64,000 bases of DNA from Thermoplasmatota archaeon (lineage in GTDB: Archaea > Thermoplasmatota > JAKEGO01), in the NCBI GenBank assembly GCA_028279595.1, contig JANQNK010000008.1, forward strand, positions 63,713 through 127,712, given 5' to 3'. Shown here piece by piece: positions 28,319 through 39,888 of the stretch. Made by a program: the position numbers and the translations under genes. Under the pieces are notes generated by a model. It was not told the origin of the DNA, ran no database searches, and worked only from the letters and a program-made list of their open reading frames with translations. Each line of letters opens with the position of its first letter. Positions within the stretch are counted from its first letter, which is position 1.

Positions 28319-31300
28319 AGGCATTTTGGATACTGTTAAGCATGATAGTCATTGTCATGCTGCTTGCATCCGGTACAGCACCGGGTGAGACATGGTCGCA
28401 GTCGACGGACACTGATTTCGGAGCCGGTGAAACGATCGGGACCGTGATATCGGATGGCTCGGTAGAGCTGGATATGGCACCAGTCCTGAATTGGATGAAC
28501 ACGAGCGCCATCAATTCCGACGTCTACGGGAGGATGGTCTCGACCGCAGGCGACGTCAACGGGGACGGGTGCGATGATCTGATGGCATACAGGTCATCCG
28601 ATGGAGGGACAGTTGACCTCTATTACGGTGACTTTTCCTCTCTCTCGGGTTCCCCCGATTGGAGTTACTCGGGCGGTAGTGGAGCCGGCTTCTTCGGGCT
28701 TTCGATGGACGGAGGAGGCGACGTGAACGGCGATGGATACGACGACATCCTCATCGGAGATTACGGCAACGATTCCGTCGCAACCGATGCTGGAATGGTC
28801 CATGTGTTCTATGGTTCCGCTTCAGGCATCCAGATCGACAACCGATGGAACGCGACCGGCAACGGCACCAAGGACGACCGTTTCGGAAGCTCGGTCTCCT
28901 TCGCGGGGGACGTGAACGGGGACGGTTACGACGACATCCTGGTAGGTGAGCCCCGATTCGGCGAAGTGGGAGACAACGAGGGAAGGACCTACCTGTTCCT
29001 CGGTTCCGCAACCGGACCATCCGCAACCTGGGATTGGAACACGACCGGTGGTTATGCCCTAGCCCAGTATGGAGGCTCCGTCTCGGGTTCTGGTGACGTC
29101 AACGGGGATGGGTACGACGACGTTGTGATCGGTGCTTCGAGGAACCGAAGCAATCGAGGGTGTGTCCATGTATTCCTGGGATCGGCCTCGGGTCTCTCAA
29201 CGGATCCGGCGATCATAATCGATGGAGAAGAGTCGGGCCAGGTGTTCGGTTCGACCGTTGCCGGTGTCGGAGATGTCAACGGGGATGGGTATGACGACAT
29301 CCTGGTCGGAGTGCCCTACAACGACGAGGTACATCCCAACGGGGGCAAGATCAACGTCTACCCGGGGTCGATCGATGGGATCCGAATGGAACCGTTGTGG
29401 ACAGTTCACGGAAGGTTCGAGAGTGATATCCTCGGGGCCAGCAATATCCGGGCCACGGGCGACCTGAACCAGGACGGATACGATGACCTCCTGATCGGTT
29501 CGCCGAACGATGATTCGAACGATGGCGTCGGTACCGTGTACCTCTTCCTCGGTTCTAGCCTTGGTCCTACTCCGGGACCAGTCTGGTCAATGGGAGGCGA
29601 GAGTTCCGGAGACCGGTTCGGGTATGCCGTCTCGGGTGTTGGCGACATCGACGGTGACGGATTCCCGGGTTTCCTGATAAGCGCGGATATGAGCGACGAG
29701 AAGGACGGCAACGCGGGAAAGGTCTATCACTACGAGATGTCCGATGTCGAGATCGACTCTATTTCTCAATTCTGGTACTTCAATGCGACCGTGGGAGACG
29801 ACAGACGGTTCGCCGATGAGGTCAAGGTGATCGGGGACGTCAATGCTGACGGATATTCCGACGTTGCCGTTGCCCATGCGAATTACGGTTGGGTGCACGT
29901 CTATCATGGATCACCCTCGGGGCCAAGCCCTATCCCCGATTGGAGTAAAAGCGGGAATTCTACCGGAGAAGCATACGGTAGTGGCATCGGTGCCGGAGAT
30001 GTCAACGGAGATGGTTACTTCGACCTGATCGTCGGTGCACTCGCCAACGATGAGAACGGCTCATGGGGTGGAATGGCATACGTGTACCTCGGATCCGATC
30101 AGGGGCTCGAGACCACGGCCCATTGGAACGTCTCCGGAGCTCCGTCATCGGAGCTGGGTCGGTCCGTTGCCGGTGGTGATATCAATGGTGACGGTTACGA
30201 CGATATCCTGATCGGCGCCTCGGGTAATAATTCCAATAGAGGGGTCACATACCTGTTCTATGGCGGTCCTAACAGACCGGCAAAGATCGCGGATTGGAAG
30301 CGTGAAGGTAGTTCCACAAGCGACAAGCATGGATATCTGGTAACCGTCGTTGGAGACCGCGATGCCGATGGTTACGAGGATTTCCTGGTATCGAATGACG
30401 CCTACAATTCATACTCGGGTATAGTATGGCAATACTTCGGGAGCGAGACCTCCGTAGATGAAAGTTCCAGCAGGACCGGTGAATCGTCAGGTGATCAATA
30501 CGGTGTATCGATGTCGGGGATCGGGGACGTCAATGGTGACGGCTATGACGACATCGCGATCGGCGCTCCTTACAATGACAGCGGAGGGATAAGCGCAGGC
30601 AAGGTCTACATTACCTACGGCGGACTGTTGTCACCGTCGCTGGAACCTGACCGGACCATCCAGGGAGGCCTTGGGGACAGACTCGGTGGGGCGGTGAGCG
30701 GAGGGGACATCAATGGTGATGGTTTCGACGACCTCGCTGTCGGACACCAAACTTCAGACTCCGATCCCGTGCTGATCTACTTTGGTTCGGAGGACGGGGT
30801 AAGAACGTACCCTGACGTCCGGATCACCCCTGGATTCAGGAGTCGGATGTTCGGAGGCCAATTGGCATGCGGGGACGTGACCAACGACGGGATAGATGAA
30901 ATCATCAACGGGGATCCCAGGGCCGGCAACCCGGCCCGCGGAAGGGTCACCGGCCATGGCCTCCCGCTCCGCTTACATTACGGATACTACATCTCTGGCA
31001 TCTTCAACATTGACGACAAGTCCGTTGTCTGGGACAGGGTAGATTGGGATCCCGGGTCCGTTCCGGACGGCACGGATGTGGCCTTCCAGATCGGGGTCAG
31101 CGACGATGCGACACATTGGACGTTCTACGGGCCTGACGGAACCGATGGAACCTGGTTCTCGGGAGCCAGCATCGATGTGCCCGGAGGTGCGCGAGGTGAA
31201 TACTGGCGCTACAGGATGCGTCTGGAAGGTCTCTCAGCTGTCTCGCCTGTCGTGGACAGTGTAAGTGTCCATTATTCGACCTACGAGGAACCGGATGTCA

Positions 31301-31815
31301 TGCTTGGCTCACCCAACGGTGGGGAGGACCTCATGGAGGGAGGATCCCACATCGTCACCTGGAGTACGACGGGGGATGTCGAGCCCGTCGTCGCCCTCCA
31401 TTACTCCACCGACGGAGGGACCTCGTGGCAGGAGATCGCTGCAGAGACCTCCGATACCGGACATTACAACTGGTCCGTTCCGAGCGTGGAGACGGCCACG
31501 GGGCTTGTGAGGGTGACCGCCTATGGGATGGACGGAACGATGGTGATGGACGTCTCGGACATGACGTTCGCGATCGATCCACCGGCGAACTGGCAGTTGC
31601 CGGGATCCGGAAGCGGTGACGGTACCGGAGATGGGACTGGTGGTGGAGATCAGACTGGAACTCCAGACCGGACGATCTCGTCCGATGACAAGGCTGAGGT
31701 CGGAGCTCTATGGATCGCCATTGCGGTCGAAGGCATTGCCATTGCCGTATTGTCGATCATTCTCATTGTTCTCGTAATCAGAAAGATGGAGTTCAAGAGG
31801 AGGAGAAAGAGATGA
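28315..31815 (+). CDS. FG-GAP (integrin-alpha-like) repeat surface protein
   Basis: More than 12 'GDVNGDGYDD' repeats; signal peptide; C-terminal 'SPNGGE' domain plus TM. Confidence 0.92.
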   Translation: MKAFWILLSMIVIVMLLASGTAPGETWSQSTDTDFGAGETIGTVISDGSVELDMAPVLNWMNTSAINSDVYGRMVSTAGDVNGDGCDDLMAYRSSDGGTVDLYYGDFSSLSGSPDWSYSGGSGAGFFGLSMDGGGDVNGDGYDDILIGDYGNDSVATDAGMVHVFYGSASGIQIDNRWNATGNGTKDDRFGSSVSFAGDVNGDGYDDILVGEPRFGEVGDNEGRTYLFLGSATGPSATWDWNTTGGYALAQYGGSVSGSGDVNGDGYDDVVIGASRNRSNRGCVHVFLGSASGLSTDPAIIIDGEESGQVFGSTVAGVGDVNGDGYDDILVGVPYNDEVHPNGGKINVYPGSIDGIRMEPLWTVHGRFESDILGASNIRATGDLNQDGYDDLLIGSPNDDSNDGVGTVYLFLGSSLGPTPGPVWSMGGESSGDRFGYAVSGVGDIDGDGFPGFLISADMSDEKDGNAGKVYHYEMSDVEIDSISQFWYFNATVGDDRRFADEVKVIGDVNADGYSDVAVAHANYGWVHVYHGSPSGPSPIPDWSKSGNSTGEAYGSGIGAGDVNGDGYFDLIVGALANDENGSWGGMAYVYLGSDQGLETTAHWNVSGAPSSELGRSVAGGDINGDGYDDILIGASGNNSNRGVTYLFYGGPNRPAKIADWKREGSSTSDKHGYLVTVVGDRDADGYEDFLVSNDAYNSYSGIVWQYFGSETSVDESSSRTGESSGDQYGVSMSGIGDVNGDGYDDIAIGAPYNDSGGISAGKVYITYGGLLSPSLEPDRTIQGGLGDRLGGAVSGGDINGDGFDDLAVGHQTSDSDPVLIYFGSEDGVRTYPDVRITPGFRSRMFGGQLACGDVTNDGIDEIINGDPRAGNPARGRVTGHGLPLRLHYGYYISGIFNIDDKSVVWDRVDWDPGSVPDGTDVAFQIGVSDDATHWTFYGPDGTDGTWFSGASIDVPGGARGEYWRYRMRLEGLSAVSPVVDSVSVHYSTYEEPDVMLGSPNGGEDLMEGGSHIVTWSTTGDVEPVVALHYSTDGGTSWQEIAAETSDTGHYNWSVPSVETATGLVRVTAYGMDGTMVMDVSDMTFAIDPPANWQLPGSGSGDGTGDGTGGGDQTGTPDRTISSDDKAEVGALWIAIAVEGIAIAVLSIILIVLVIRKMEFKRRRKR

Positions 31816-34800
31816 GGATCAATTGGACGTTAGTAGTGATGGCACTCTTCGCTTTCGCCCTGTTGGGGATAGTGGAGGCTGACACGATCACCCACACATC
31901 GGACATCGATTTCGAAGGTGGTGTTTTCGACAGGACCGAGGTCTACGGATCAGGACAGGATGCCGTCATACGGAGTGAATTCATCCCGAGCGGGAACTGG
32001 GATGAGTACGCAGGCGAGATCGAGGAGAGGAAGGACCACGCGATGGTCTACGATTCGGGAGCGGACCGGATCATCGTATTCGGCGGATGGGACGAGGAGT
32101 GCGATAAGGACGATACATGGATGTATGATGTGACCACGAACACGTGGGAACTGAGGAACCCGACGGTCTCGCCACAGGGGAGAACCGACCATAGTATGGT
32201 ATACCACCCGGAAGCTGAAAGGACCGTTCTTTTCGGTGGTTTCGGCTACAATCGGAACGTGCGATTCGATGACACCTGGACATACGATTCCTCGACGAAC
32301 ACATGGGAGGACATGGACCCGTCAATCGCTCCTTCGCACCGGTATGGACATTTCATGGTCTATGATCCGTCGACAGACGTGATCGTCCTGTTCGGGGGTT
32401 ACGACCGAGAGAGGAACAGGCAGTTGAACGATACTTGGACATACGACATCCACTCGAACACCTGGACGGAACTACATCCTGACACATCACCTGTCAATAG
32501 ATACGGCCACGTGATGGCCTATGACCCTTATGAAGGAGTGGTGGTCCTGTTCGGTGGGGTCACGACATCTCCGACCATACGTTTCAACGACACATGGGAG
32601 TTCAATGTGACGACGAGCACATGGACCGAGACCAGCCCTTTCAATTCACCATCGCAAAGATACGGGTCCGCTGCTGCCTACTATCCGTCCGAGCGGTCGC
32701 TCGCCATACATGGTGGAAGGAACTTCGTTGGTGCGGAATATCTTTGGTTCTACAATGCGTCGAACGATACTTGGACGGAAAGGACGACTGCTGAACATCC
32801 TTATGCCGAGATCGATCACCAGATGGTCTATGATCCGATATCGGATTCATTGATCGTCTTCGGCGGTGACAGGTCCTACGAGGTCAACGAACTATGGTCG
32901 TACAACGGGACCACATGGGTGAGATTGGACCCTATTCGATGGCCGAGTGCCCGTTACGGCCACTCTCTCGTCTACGCGAGGAACGAGGAGGTCAACATCC
33001 TTTTCGGTGGTTATGCTGGTGGGACCGGGAACATGAACGACACCTGGGAATACCGTGCTGGGACCAGGACATGGTCCAGGGTCGAGACCACGGGAGCACC
33101 CCGAGCAAGATACTTACACAGGGCGTGTTACGATTCGGATGAGGGCGTCATTGTCGTATTCGGTGGCTATTCTGGTTCGACCTACATGCATGACACCTGG
33201 GAATACGACCCTGCCACCCGTACATGGGAGAACACCACATCTGCGGAGCATCCCTCCGCAAGATATCAGCATAATATGGCCTACGATTCTTCGGATGCGT
33301 CGTGCGTCATGTTCGGCGGAAGGACGAAGGATATGCTATACAACAACGAGACTTGGATGTACAATGCCGGTGGCGACAAGTGGAAGAACGTCACCGGGGA
33401 TGGACCAATGAGACGGGTAGCACATTCGATGGCCTATCATGGTTCCATTGGGAACATAGTGGTCTATGGGGGGTATGGTACAGGGTCCGTGGACTTCCAG
33501 GACACATGGGAGTTCGACTCTAGCCTGGAACAGTGGACGAACATGACCCCTGCGACGTCACCCGGGAGACGGGACTTCAATGCCATGGTCTATGATTCAT
33601 ACAACAAGAGGATATTGATGTACGGTAGCTCATCCGACGATGACAAACAGTTGAAGGTATGGATGTATTATGATTATCTTGGGACCAGATACTGGTATGA
33701 TGCGAACGATTACAACGACGCTTCCGTATTCGCCTATCATGCGGCATCATACGATAGTTCCGAGAGAGCAATGATCATTTTCGGTGGATATAAGAATGAA
33801 TTCCTTGACTCTACATGGCACTATTACTATCCGAGCAGTCAATGGGAATTGGCAACTGATTATCCTTCTCCGATGGCTCGAAGATACGGCATCATGGTTT
33901 ACTCGAGGGAGGAGGATTCCATGTATCTGTTCGGTGGCGAGACGGACACAGGCTTTCAAGCGGACATTTGGAGATTCGACCTCGGATCGAAGGAATGGAC
34001 CTTTGAACATGAGAACGACCATAATCGTCCAGGAATTCGTACGTATACAGAGATCGATTACATCCCAGATACGGGGGAGATCGTCCTCTATGGAGGTTTC
34101 AATGATGGTGATATCGATGGAGCCTTGTGGTTCTATGACACGGAGCTGCACAGTTGGAGCGGATACCAACCGGTGACACGACCGGAGGAAAGATATCGGA
34201 CTGGGATGGCCTATGATGCTGACAGGAAGGTCGTTGTCGTGTTCGGAGGAGGACAATCCGGTATGGGATATAGATGGAACGATACGTGGGAATTCGACAT
34301 CGTGGGCAACGAATGGACGAACACCACACCCTCATTCTCACCTCCCAGAACCTATGACCATTCGATGTGCTGGGACCCGATCTCGGGAAAGGTCCTGATG
34401 ACAGGGGGAACACCAGGCGTCGGCTCCAACTCCGTGATCTGGGCCTACGATTCGATGAACGATACATGGGAGGTGTTCGGCCGCGGGCCGGAGACCTACA
34501 ATTACGAGATCTTCGTCGATCACCAGACGGGTCTCCTATATGGATTCGGAGGCCTGTTCAATGAATTCCCGCACCCGTCAACGTTCGTATGGTACAGGGA
34601 GACCAACAAATGGGAGATCATCGATCCACTCACATTTCCCGCCTTTAAGTCATTTCACTACTCCTCTTACGGATTCGATCCATGGAAGGGAAGAGCATTG
34701 ATGTTCGGTGGACGAGTCTATGATGGTGGAGATTATCATAAGGTGGATAACACGTATCTCCTCAACCTCAGAGCTCACCATTCGTACGGAACCTATACGT

Positions 34801-35609
34801 CGCCCGTGATCGGAAATCACGCCGAAGGTTCCGTTCACTGGCAGTCCATGAGCTGGAACCCGGTCGAACAGCCTAAAGATACCACGGTGAGGATGCAGAT
34901 ATGCGTCAACGATGAGGGCATCCCAACTGATTTCGTCGGCCCCGACGGGAGCGCCGATACCTATTACACGAACCCCCTGGGAGAGACCCTTTGGGACGGA
35001 CACTCGGGATCGAACCTGTGGTATCGGATCCATTTCGAATCCACCGACGGTTCCTCGACAGCGACCGTAGCGGACGTTACGATCGTCTACGTAACATACG
35101 ATCCTCCTCAGGCTGCACTACTATCCCCGAACGGCGGAGAGGACCTCATGGAAAGCGGGAGCCATGTGATAACCTGGTCCACATCGGGTGACGTCGAGCC
35201 CCTTGTCGATCTCCATTTCACGATCGATGGTGGCGGAACGTGGACAACTATCGCGACCGACGTTCCTAACACTGGCTACTATAACTGGACCGTACCAACA
35301 GTCGAATCAGCGACTGCACTCGTCAGAGTGACGGTCTACGGTTTGGAAGGATCACAGGCGATGGATGTCTCCGACATGACTTTCGCCATCGACCCACCGG
35401 CGAACTGGCAGATACCGGGAAGCGGGGATGGCACGGGCGATGGGACCGGTGGTGGTGACCAGCCCGGAACTCCTGACCGGACGACCTCTTCCGAGGACAG
35501 GACAGAGGTCGGACCATTGTGGCTCGCCATCTCAATTGAAGCTATCGCTATCGTTGCATTAACTCTCATACTGATCGTGATTCGGATCGAACGGAGGAGT
35601 AAAGGATGA
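31812..35609 (+). CDS. Kelch-repeat surface protein
   Basis: Many 'R..H.M.YD......LFGG......DTW.Y' repeats; start reassigned to ATG 31812 (ATGA overlap). Confidence 0.92.
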   Translation: MRINWTLVVMALFAFALLGIVEADTITHTSDIDFEGGVFDRTEVYGSGQDAVIRSEFIPSGNWDEYAGEIEERKDHAMVYDSGADRIIVFGGWDEECDKDDTWMYDVTTNTWELRNPTVSPQGRTDHSMVYHPEAERTVLFGGFGYNRNVRFDDTWTYDSSTNTWEDMDPSIAPSHRYGHFMVYDPSTDVIVLFGGYDRERNRQLNDTWTYDIHSNTWTELHPDTSPVNRYGHVMAYDPYEGVVVLFGGVTTSPTIRFNDTWEFNVTTSTWTETSPFNSPSQRYGSAAAYYPSERSLAIHGGRNFVGAEYLWFYNASNDTWTERTTAEHPYAEIDHQMVYDPISDSLIVFGGDRSYEVNELWSYNGTTWVRLDPIRWPSARYGHSLVYARNEEVNILFGGYAGGTGNMNDTWEYRAGTRTWSRVETTGAPRARYLHRACYDSDEGVIVVFGGYSGSTYMHDTWEYDPATRTWENTTSAEHPSARYQHNMAYDSSDASCVMFGGRTKDMLYNNETWMYNAGGDKWKNVTGDGPMRRVAHSMAYHGSIGNIVVYGGYGTGSVDFQDTWEFDSSLEQWTNMTPATSPGRRDFNAMVYDSYNKRILMYGSSSDDDKQLKVWMYYDYLGTRYWYDANDYNDASVFAYHAASYDSSERAMIIFGGYKNEFLDSTWHYYYPSSQWELATDYPSPMARRYGIMVYSREEDSMYLFGGETDTGFQADIWRFDLGSKEWTFEHENDHNRPGIRTYTEIDYIPDTGEIVLYGGFNDGDIDGALWFYDTELHSWSGYQPVTRPEERYRTGMAYDADRKVVVVFGGGQSGMGYRWNDTWEFDIVGNEWTNTTPSFSPPRTYDHSMCWDPISGKVLMTGGTPGVGSNSVIWAYDSMNDTWEVFGRGPETYNYEIFVDHQTGLLYGFGGLFNEFPHPSTFVWYRETNKWEIIDPLTFPAFKSFHYSSYGFDPWKGRALMFGGRVYDGGDYHKVDNTYLLNLRAHHSYGTYTSPVIGNHAEGSVHWQSMSWNPVEQPKDTTVRMQICVNDEGIPTDFVGPDGSADTYYTNPLGETLWDGHSGSNLWYRIHFESTDGSSTATVADVTIVYVTYDPPQAALLSPNGGEDLMESGSHVITWSTSGDVEPLVDLHFTIDGGGTWTTIATDVPNTGYYNWTVPTVESATALVRVTVYGLEGSQAMDVSDMTFAIDPPANWQIPGSGDGTGDGTGGGDQPGTPDRTTSSEDRTEVGPLWLAISIEAIAIVALTLILIVIRIERRSKG

Positions 35610-38600
35610 AACCTATCTATATCGCAGTATTGTTCGTCTTGGTCCTGGTCTGCGTGTCAATGACCTCGGCGAACTGTGCCGGGGGAACGCTGACCGACGA
35701 GGCTGCTGATTTCCAGTATGGAACGCACCTTGGAAGCCATGTGGACAACGATGTCATCAAGCTGGACCTTGCACCGGACATATGGTGGACATACAGGGGA
35801 AACGACACCCTGGCCGAACTTGGCCACGTTGTGACCTCTGCGGGGGATGTCAACGGTGACGGGTTCGGCGATATGATAGTGACCGCACCATACGGCGCGA
35901 TCCCAGGTAATGTCACGGTCTTCTACGGGTCGGAAAGGGGTCTGGGTTTCGAACCTGATTGGAACATGTCGGGGGAGGGATCCCTGGCGTATTTCGGGAT
36001 CTCAGCCTCTTCGGCCGGTGACGTTAACGGTGATGGCTATGATGATATCATAGTCGGAGCCGAGCTGACCTCCGAGGGATACTCCATGGACGGGAAGGCG
36101 TACATATACCACGGATCCACGTCAGGGTTGCTATTGACGGCAAACTGGACCGTCAACGGAACCGACGATAACGATTTCCTTGGCCATGCCGTCTCTGGAG
36201 CGGGTGATGTCAATGGTGATGGATACGATGATGTCATCGTGGCCGTAGCAATGGACGACGACAACTATACGAATGCGGGAAAGGTCTACTGCTATCACGG
36301 ATCCGCATCGGGTGTGTCCGATACCCCCGCATGGAACGCCACTCACGGGGGGTATGATGAACGATACGGTTTGATGGTCTCTTCGGCTGGTGATATGAAC
36401 GGTGATGGGTTCGACGATGTCCTGGCTGGAACGTACCTTGCGGCTGATTCAGCAGGTATGGTCCACCTCTTCTACGGATCGGAATCAGGCCTATCCAGAA
36501 CGGTTGGCTGGAACTTCACGGGAGCGGATCCTGGAGACGAGATGGGGTGGTCAGCCACGGAGCTCGGGGACGTCAATGGAGACGGATTCGACGACATCGC
36601 CATCTCCGCCCCATTGACGGACGCGGACGTCGGGGATGACGGACTTGTCCTGGTATTCCACGGTTCACCAAACGGACCGGGGACCGAGCCGAACTGGTTC
36701 AAGATGGGAGAGGACGCGGATGTTCTGGGATATTGCACAATGGACCGTATCGGAGATGTCAACGGCGATGGATTCGATGACCTTGTCATCGGAAGCGCGG
36801 CCTCCAAGAACTTCCAATCCGGGGATGGACGTGTCGACCTTTTTCTCGGATCGAGGTATGGGCTGTCGCGGGACCCGGTATGGACGGACATCGGATCGGG
36901 GTATCATCTAGGTTACGGTAGGTCGGTAGCAGGAGGGGATATCGACGGTGATGGTAACGCCGAGATATTCGTGGGAGAACCGGATAATGATGAGAGAGGG
37001 GTCGGGATCGGAAAGGTCTACGTTTACAGGATCAACGCTTCGGCCGATGACGGGATCACAGAGAGATGGTCGTTGAATGGCAGGTACGAGTACGCCTATC
37101 TCGGATCGAGCATCTCGATGAGAGGCGATGTCAATGGCGATGGTTACGACGACATCATTGCTGGCTCATGGAAGAAGAACACGGTCTACATGTACCCTGG
37201 AACGCCTTACGGACCGAGGACTGCATGGTCATGGCGGGTGTTCGGAGAGTCGAACGGGGACCAGTTCGGTCGCTCGCTGGCATCCGGAGGAGATGTCAAC
37301 GGTGATGGTTATGACGACGTCCTCGTCGGAGCATACCTCAACGACAATAACGGGAATTATGCAGGAGCCATCTATCTCTACTATGGATCTCCTGGTGGAC
37401 CGTCCACGACACCAGATTGGATGTTCAATGGATCCGGTGCAGGCGACTACTTCGGCTATGCGATAGCCATCCATGGGGACGTGAACGGAGACGGATATTC
37501 GGACATCCTTGCGAGTGCACCGAACCGCGACTCCGGGAACGGTACGGTGTATCTCTTCTACGGATCAGCGAATGGACCCAGTACCAGTGATGACTGGAAC
37601 CTCACGGTAGGTGTCCAACAGGAAAAGCTCGGAACGGGTCTCGACTTTGCAGGGGATGTGAACGCGGACGGATATGACGATATCGTGATCGGTGGTCCCG
37701 AGGCATATTCCAACGATGGGATGTTGCTATTGTACCTTGGTACCGCGACCGACCCGACATGGGAAATGACATCGTCTCCTTCAGGTGGCGATTACTATGG
37801 CATGGAAGTTGCCGGGATAGGCGACATCAACGGGGATGGGTTCGACGATATTGCCGTAGGCGAACCGTACAACGATACTGCAGGCGAGAACGCTGGTAGG
37901 GTGTTCATATTCTTCGGGGAAATTGGAGGAGTTGACATCCACGACGTTCCCTGGTACAATGGAACGATGGAATACGCAAACATGGGTAAATGGATCTCGG
38001 GTATCGGGGACATCGATGGGGATGGCTGTGATGAGTTCATCGTGACCCACGATATTGCCTACGGGACGGTCCAGATGTTCAAAGGAGCTCACCGGAGGGA
38101 TGATATCGCCGTCCACTGGGTCGATAAGGGTGAAAGGGTGGCCGGTAGTTTCGGTGAAGCCCTGGACGGTGGTGGAGACACGAACGGCGACGGTTATCCG
38201 GAGTTCGCCATAGGAGATCCGGCATACTGGGCTGAAGACACCTGGGGCGGGAAGATCTACCTGTACGGCCATCCGGACCGGATGGCTTCATCGACGTACA
38301 TCTCCGAGCCGTTCAGCGGTTCGACGGCAGGATCGGTAAGGTTCAAGAGTCTGATGTGGTCACCAACCGATCAACCTGAAGGAACATCGGTAGCGATGCA
38401 GATAGGAACAAGTCATGACGGAAAGGAGTGGGTGTTCAACGGCCCGGACGGCACGATGAGCTCCTGGTACGATGACATCGGTGGTGGCCAGGTCCATGGA
38501 GGTCCATACGGCAACTTCTGGTGCTACAAGCTCAGACTGTCCGGTGGCGGGAACATCCACACTCCCACGGTGAGTTCAGTGAGCGTCAACTACCTGGAGT

Positions 38601-39106
38601 ACGAACCTGCATCTGTCAAGCTACACTCGCCGAACGGCGGGGAGGACCTCATGGAGAACGGATCGCATATCGTGACCTGGACGGTCTCCGGAGACCATGA
38701 GAACGTCGTGATGCTGCACTGCTCGATCGACGGTGGAGCCACATGGAGCGATATCATCGGTGAGACACCTGACACCGGTCACTACAATTGGTCGGTCCCG
38801 TCCGTCGAGACAGCGACCGGACTGGTAAGGGTGATTGGGTTCGGTATGGATGGACGACAGGTCTCAGATGTCTCAGATATGACATTCGCCATCGATCCGC
38901 CCGCGAACTGGCAGCTGCCAGGAAGCGGTAGCGGAGATGGCACCGGAAACGATGGAGGAGGCGGAACATCCGGAACTCCAGACCAGACGCCGACAGATGA
39001 CACCGCCGAGACGGGAACCCTCTGGATAGTGGTAGCAAGCGAGGCGGTGGCTATAACGATACTGACCATCGTCCTGGCAGTGATGATCATCAGAAAACGC
39101 AAGTGA
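35606..39106 (+). CDS. FG-GAP repeat surface protein, paralog of 28315-31815
   Basis: Same repeats, same C-terminal module and same length (1166 aa). Confidence 0.92.
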   Translation: MKPIYIAVLFVLVLVCVSMTSANCAGGTLTDEAADFQYGTHLGSHVDNDVIKLDLAPDIWWTYRGNDTLAELGHVVTSAGDVNGDGFGDMIVTAPYGAIPGNVTVFYGSERGLGFEPDWNMSGEGSLAYFGISASSAGDVNGDGYDDIIVGAELTSEGYSMDGKAYIYHGSTSGLLLTANWTVNGTDDNDFLGHAVSGAGDVNGDGYDDVIVAVAMDDDNYTNAGKVYCYHGSASGVSDTPAWNATHGGYDERYGLMVSSAGDMNGDGFDDVLAGTYLAADSAGMVHLFYGSESGLSRTVGWNFTGADPGDEMGWSATELGDVNGDGFDDIAISAPLTDADVGDDGLVLVFHGSPNGPGTEPNWFKMGEDADVLGYCTMDRIGDVNGDGFDDLVIGSAASKNFQSGDGRVDLFLGSRYGLSRDPVWTDIGSGYHLGYGRSVAGGDIDGDGNAEIFVGEPDNDERGVGIGKVYVYRINASADDGITERWSLNGRYEYAYLGSSISMRGDVNGDGYDDIIAGSWKKNTVYMYPGTPYGPRTAWSWRVFGESNGDQFGRSLASGGDVNGDGYDDVLVGAYLNDNNGNYAGAIYLYYGSPGGPSTTPDWMFNGSGAGDYFGYAIAIHGDVNGDGYSDILASAPNRDSGNGTVYLFYGSANGPSTSDDWNLTVGVQQEKLGTGLDFAGDVNADGYDDIVIGGPEAYSNDGMLLLYLGTATDPTWEMTSSPSGGDYYGMEVAGIGDINGDGFDDIAVGEPYNDTAGENAGRVFIFFGEIGGVDIHDVPWYNGTMEYANMGKWISGIGDIDGDGCDEFIVTHDIAYGTVQMFKGAHRRDDIAVHWVDKGERVAGSFGEALDGGGDTNGDGYPEFAIGDPAYWAEDTWGGKIYLYGHPDRMASSTYISEPFSGSTAGSVRFKSLMWSPTDQPEGTSVAMQIGTSHDGKEWVFNGPDGTMSSWYDDIGGGQVHGGPYGNFWCYKLRLSGGGNIHTPTVSSVSVNYLEYEPASVKLHSPNGGEDLMENGSHIVTWTVSGDHENVVMLHCSIDGGATWSDIIGETPDTGHYNWSVPSVETATGLVRVIGFGMDGRQVSDVSDMTFAIDPPANWQLPGSGSGDGTGNDGGGGTSGTPDQTPTDDTAETGTLWIVVASEAVAITILTIVLAVMIIRKRK

Positions 39107-39232
39107 GTCCCCCAACTCACGAAATGTCGAGCCATCAATGCCAGCCAGAGGTACTGGACAGTCACGCCTTAGGCAACGTTTTTATACCATTATCCAGGTA
39201 TGGACGAATACGACCCCAGAGGAGGTTAGGAC

Positions 39233-39505
39233 ATGGCAGAGGAGAACACTGTCTTCATAGGCAAGAAACCAGCAATGAACTACGTGCTCGCCGTCGTAAC
39301 CCAGTTCAACGCAGGTATCGACGAGATCACGATCAAGGCCAGGGGTAGGTCCATCAGCCGTGCTGTGGACGTAGCAGAGATTGTCAGGAACAGGTTCGTG
39401 CAGGACTGTACGGTGAAGGATATCAACATCTCAACGGAGTCTCTGGAACGCGAAGAGGGGAACATGGCGAACGTCTCGTCCATCGAGATAATCCTCGCGA
39501 AGTGA
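39233..39505 (+). CDS. albA: DNA/RNA-binding protein Alba
   Basis: 'VFIGKKP.MNYVLA', '[15 protein letters not shown]', 'VSSIEI'. Confidence 0.97.
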   Translation: MAEENTVFIGKKPAMNYVLAVVTQFNAGIDEITIKARGRSISRAVDVAEIVRNRFVQDCTVKDINISTESLEREEGNMANVSSIEIILAK

Positions 39506-39572
39506 GGCTTTCCGACTATTCAATTATTTATATGAGGACGAACCTCTAAAATCAAGAAGGTAAGTGGTGAGA

Positions 39573-39866
39573 ATGGCAAGGAAATCACACGGGCTCAGGT
39601 GCGGTACGCGGAAGGTCTTCCGCAAGAACCCGCGACAGCGGGGGCACATAGCTATAACCAGAAGGCTGCAGACCTTCGAGGTCGGGGACAGGGTAGCAAT
39701 AGTGATAGACCCGGCCTTCCAGAGAGGGATGCCCCACAGGCGTTTCCAGGGGTTGACCGGCATCGTCCGGACGACCCAGGGAAGGGCGTACGTGGTGGAC
39801 GTCCCGATGGGGAAGTCGAAGAAGACGGTCGTATCTCACCCAGTGCATCTCAAGAGGCTCGAATAG
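39573..39866 (+). CDS. rpl21e: 50S ribosomal protein L21e
   Basis: 'S.G.R..TR', 'GMPHRRFQG.TG', 'PVHLK'. Confidence 0.96.
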   Translation: MARKSHGLRCGTRKVFRKNPRQRGHIAITRRLQTFEVGDRVAIVIDPAFQRGMPHRRFQGLTGIVRTTQGRAYVVDVPMGKSKKTVVSHPVHLKRLE

Positions 39867-39888
39867 ATCCTAGAAGGGGGGGCAAAGA

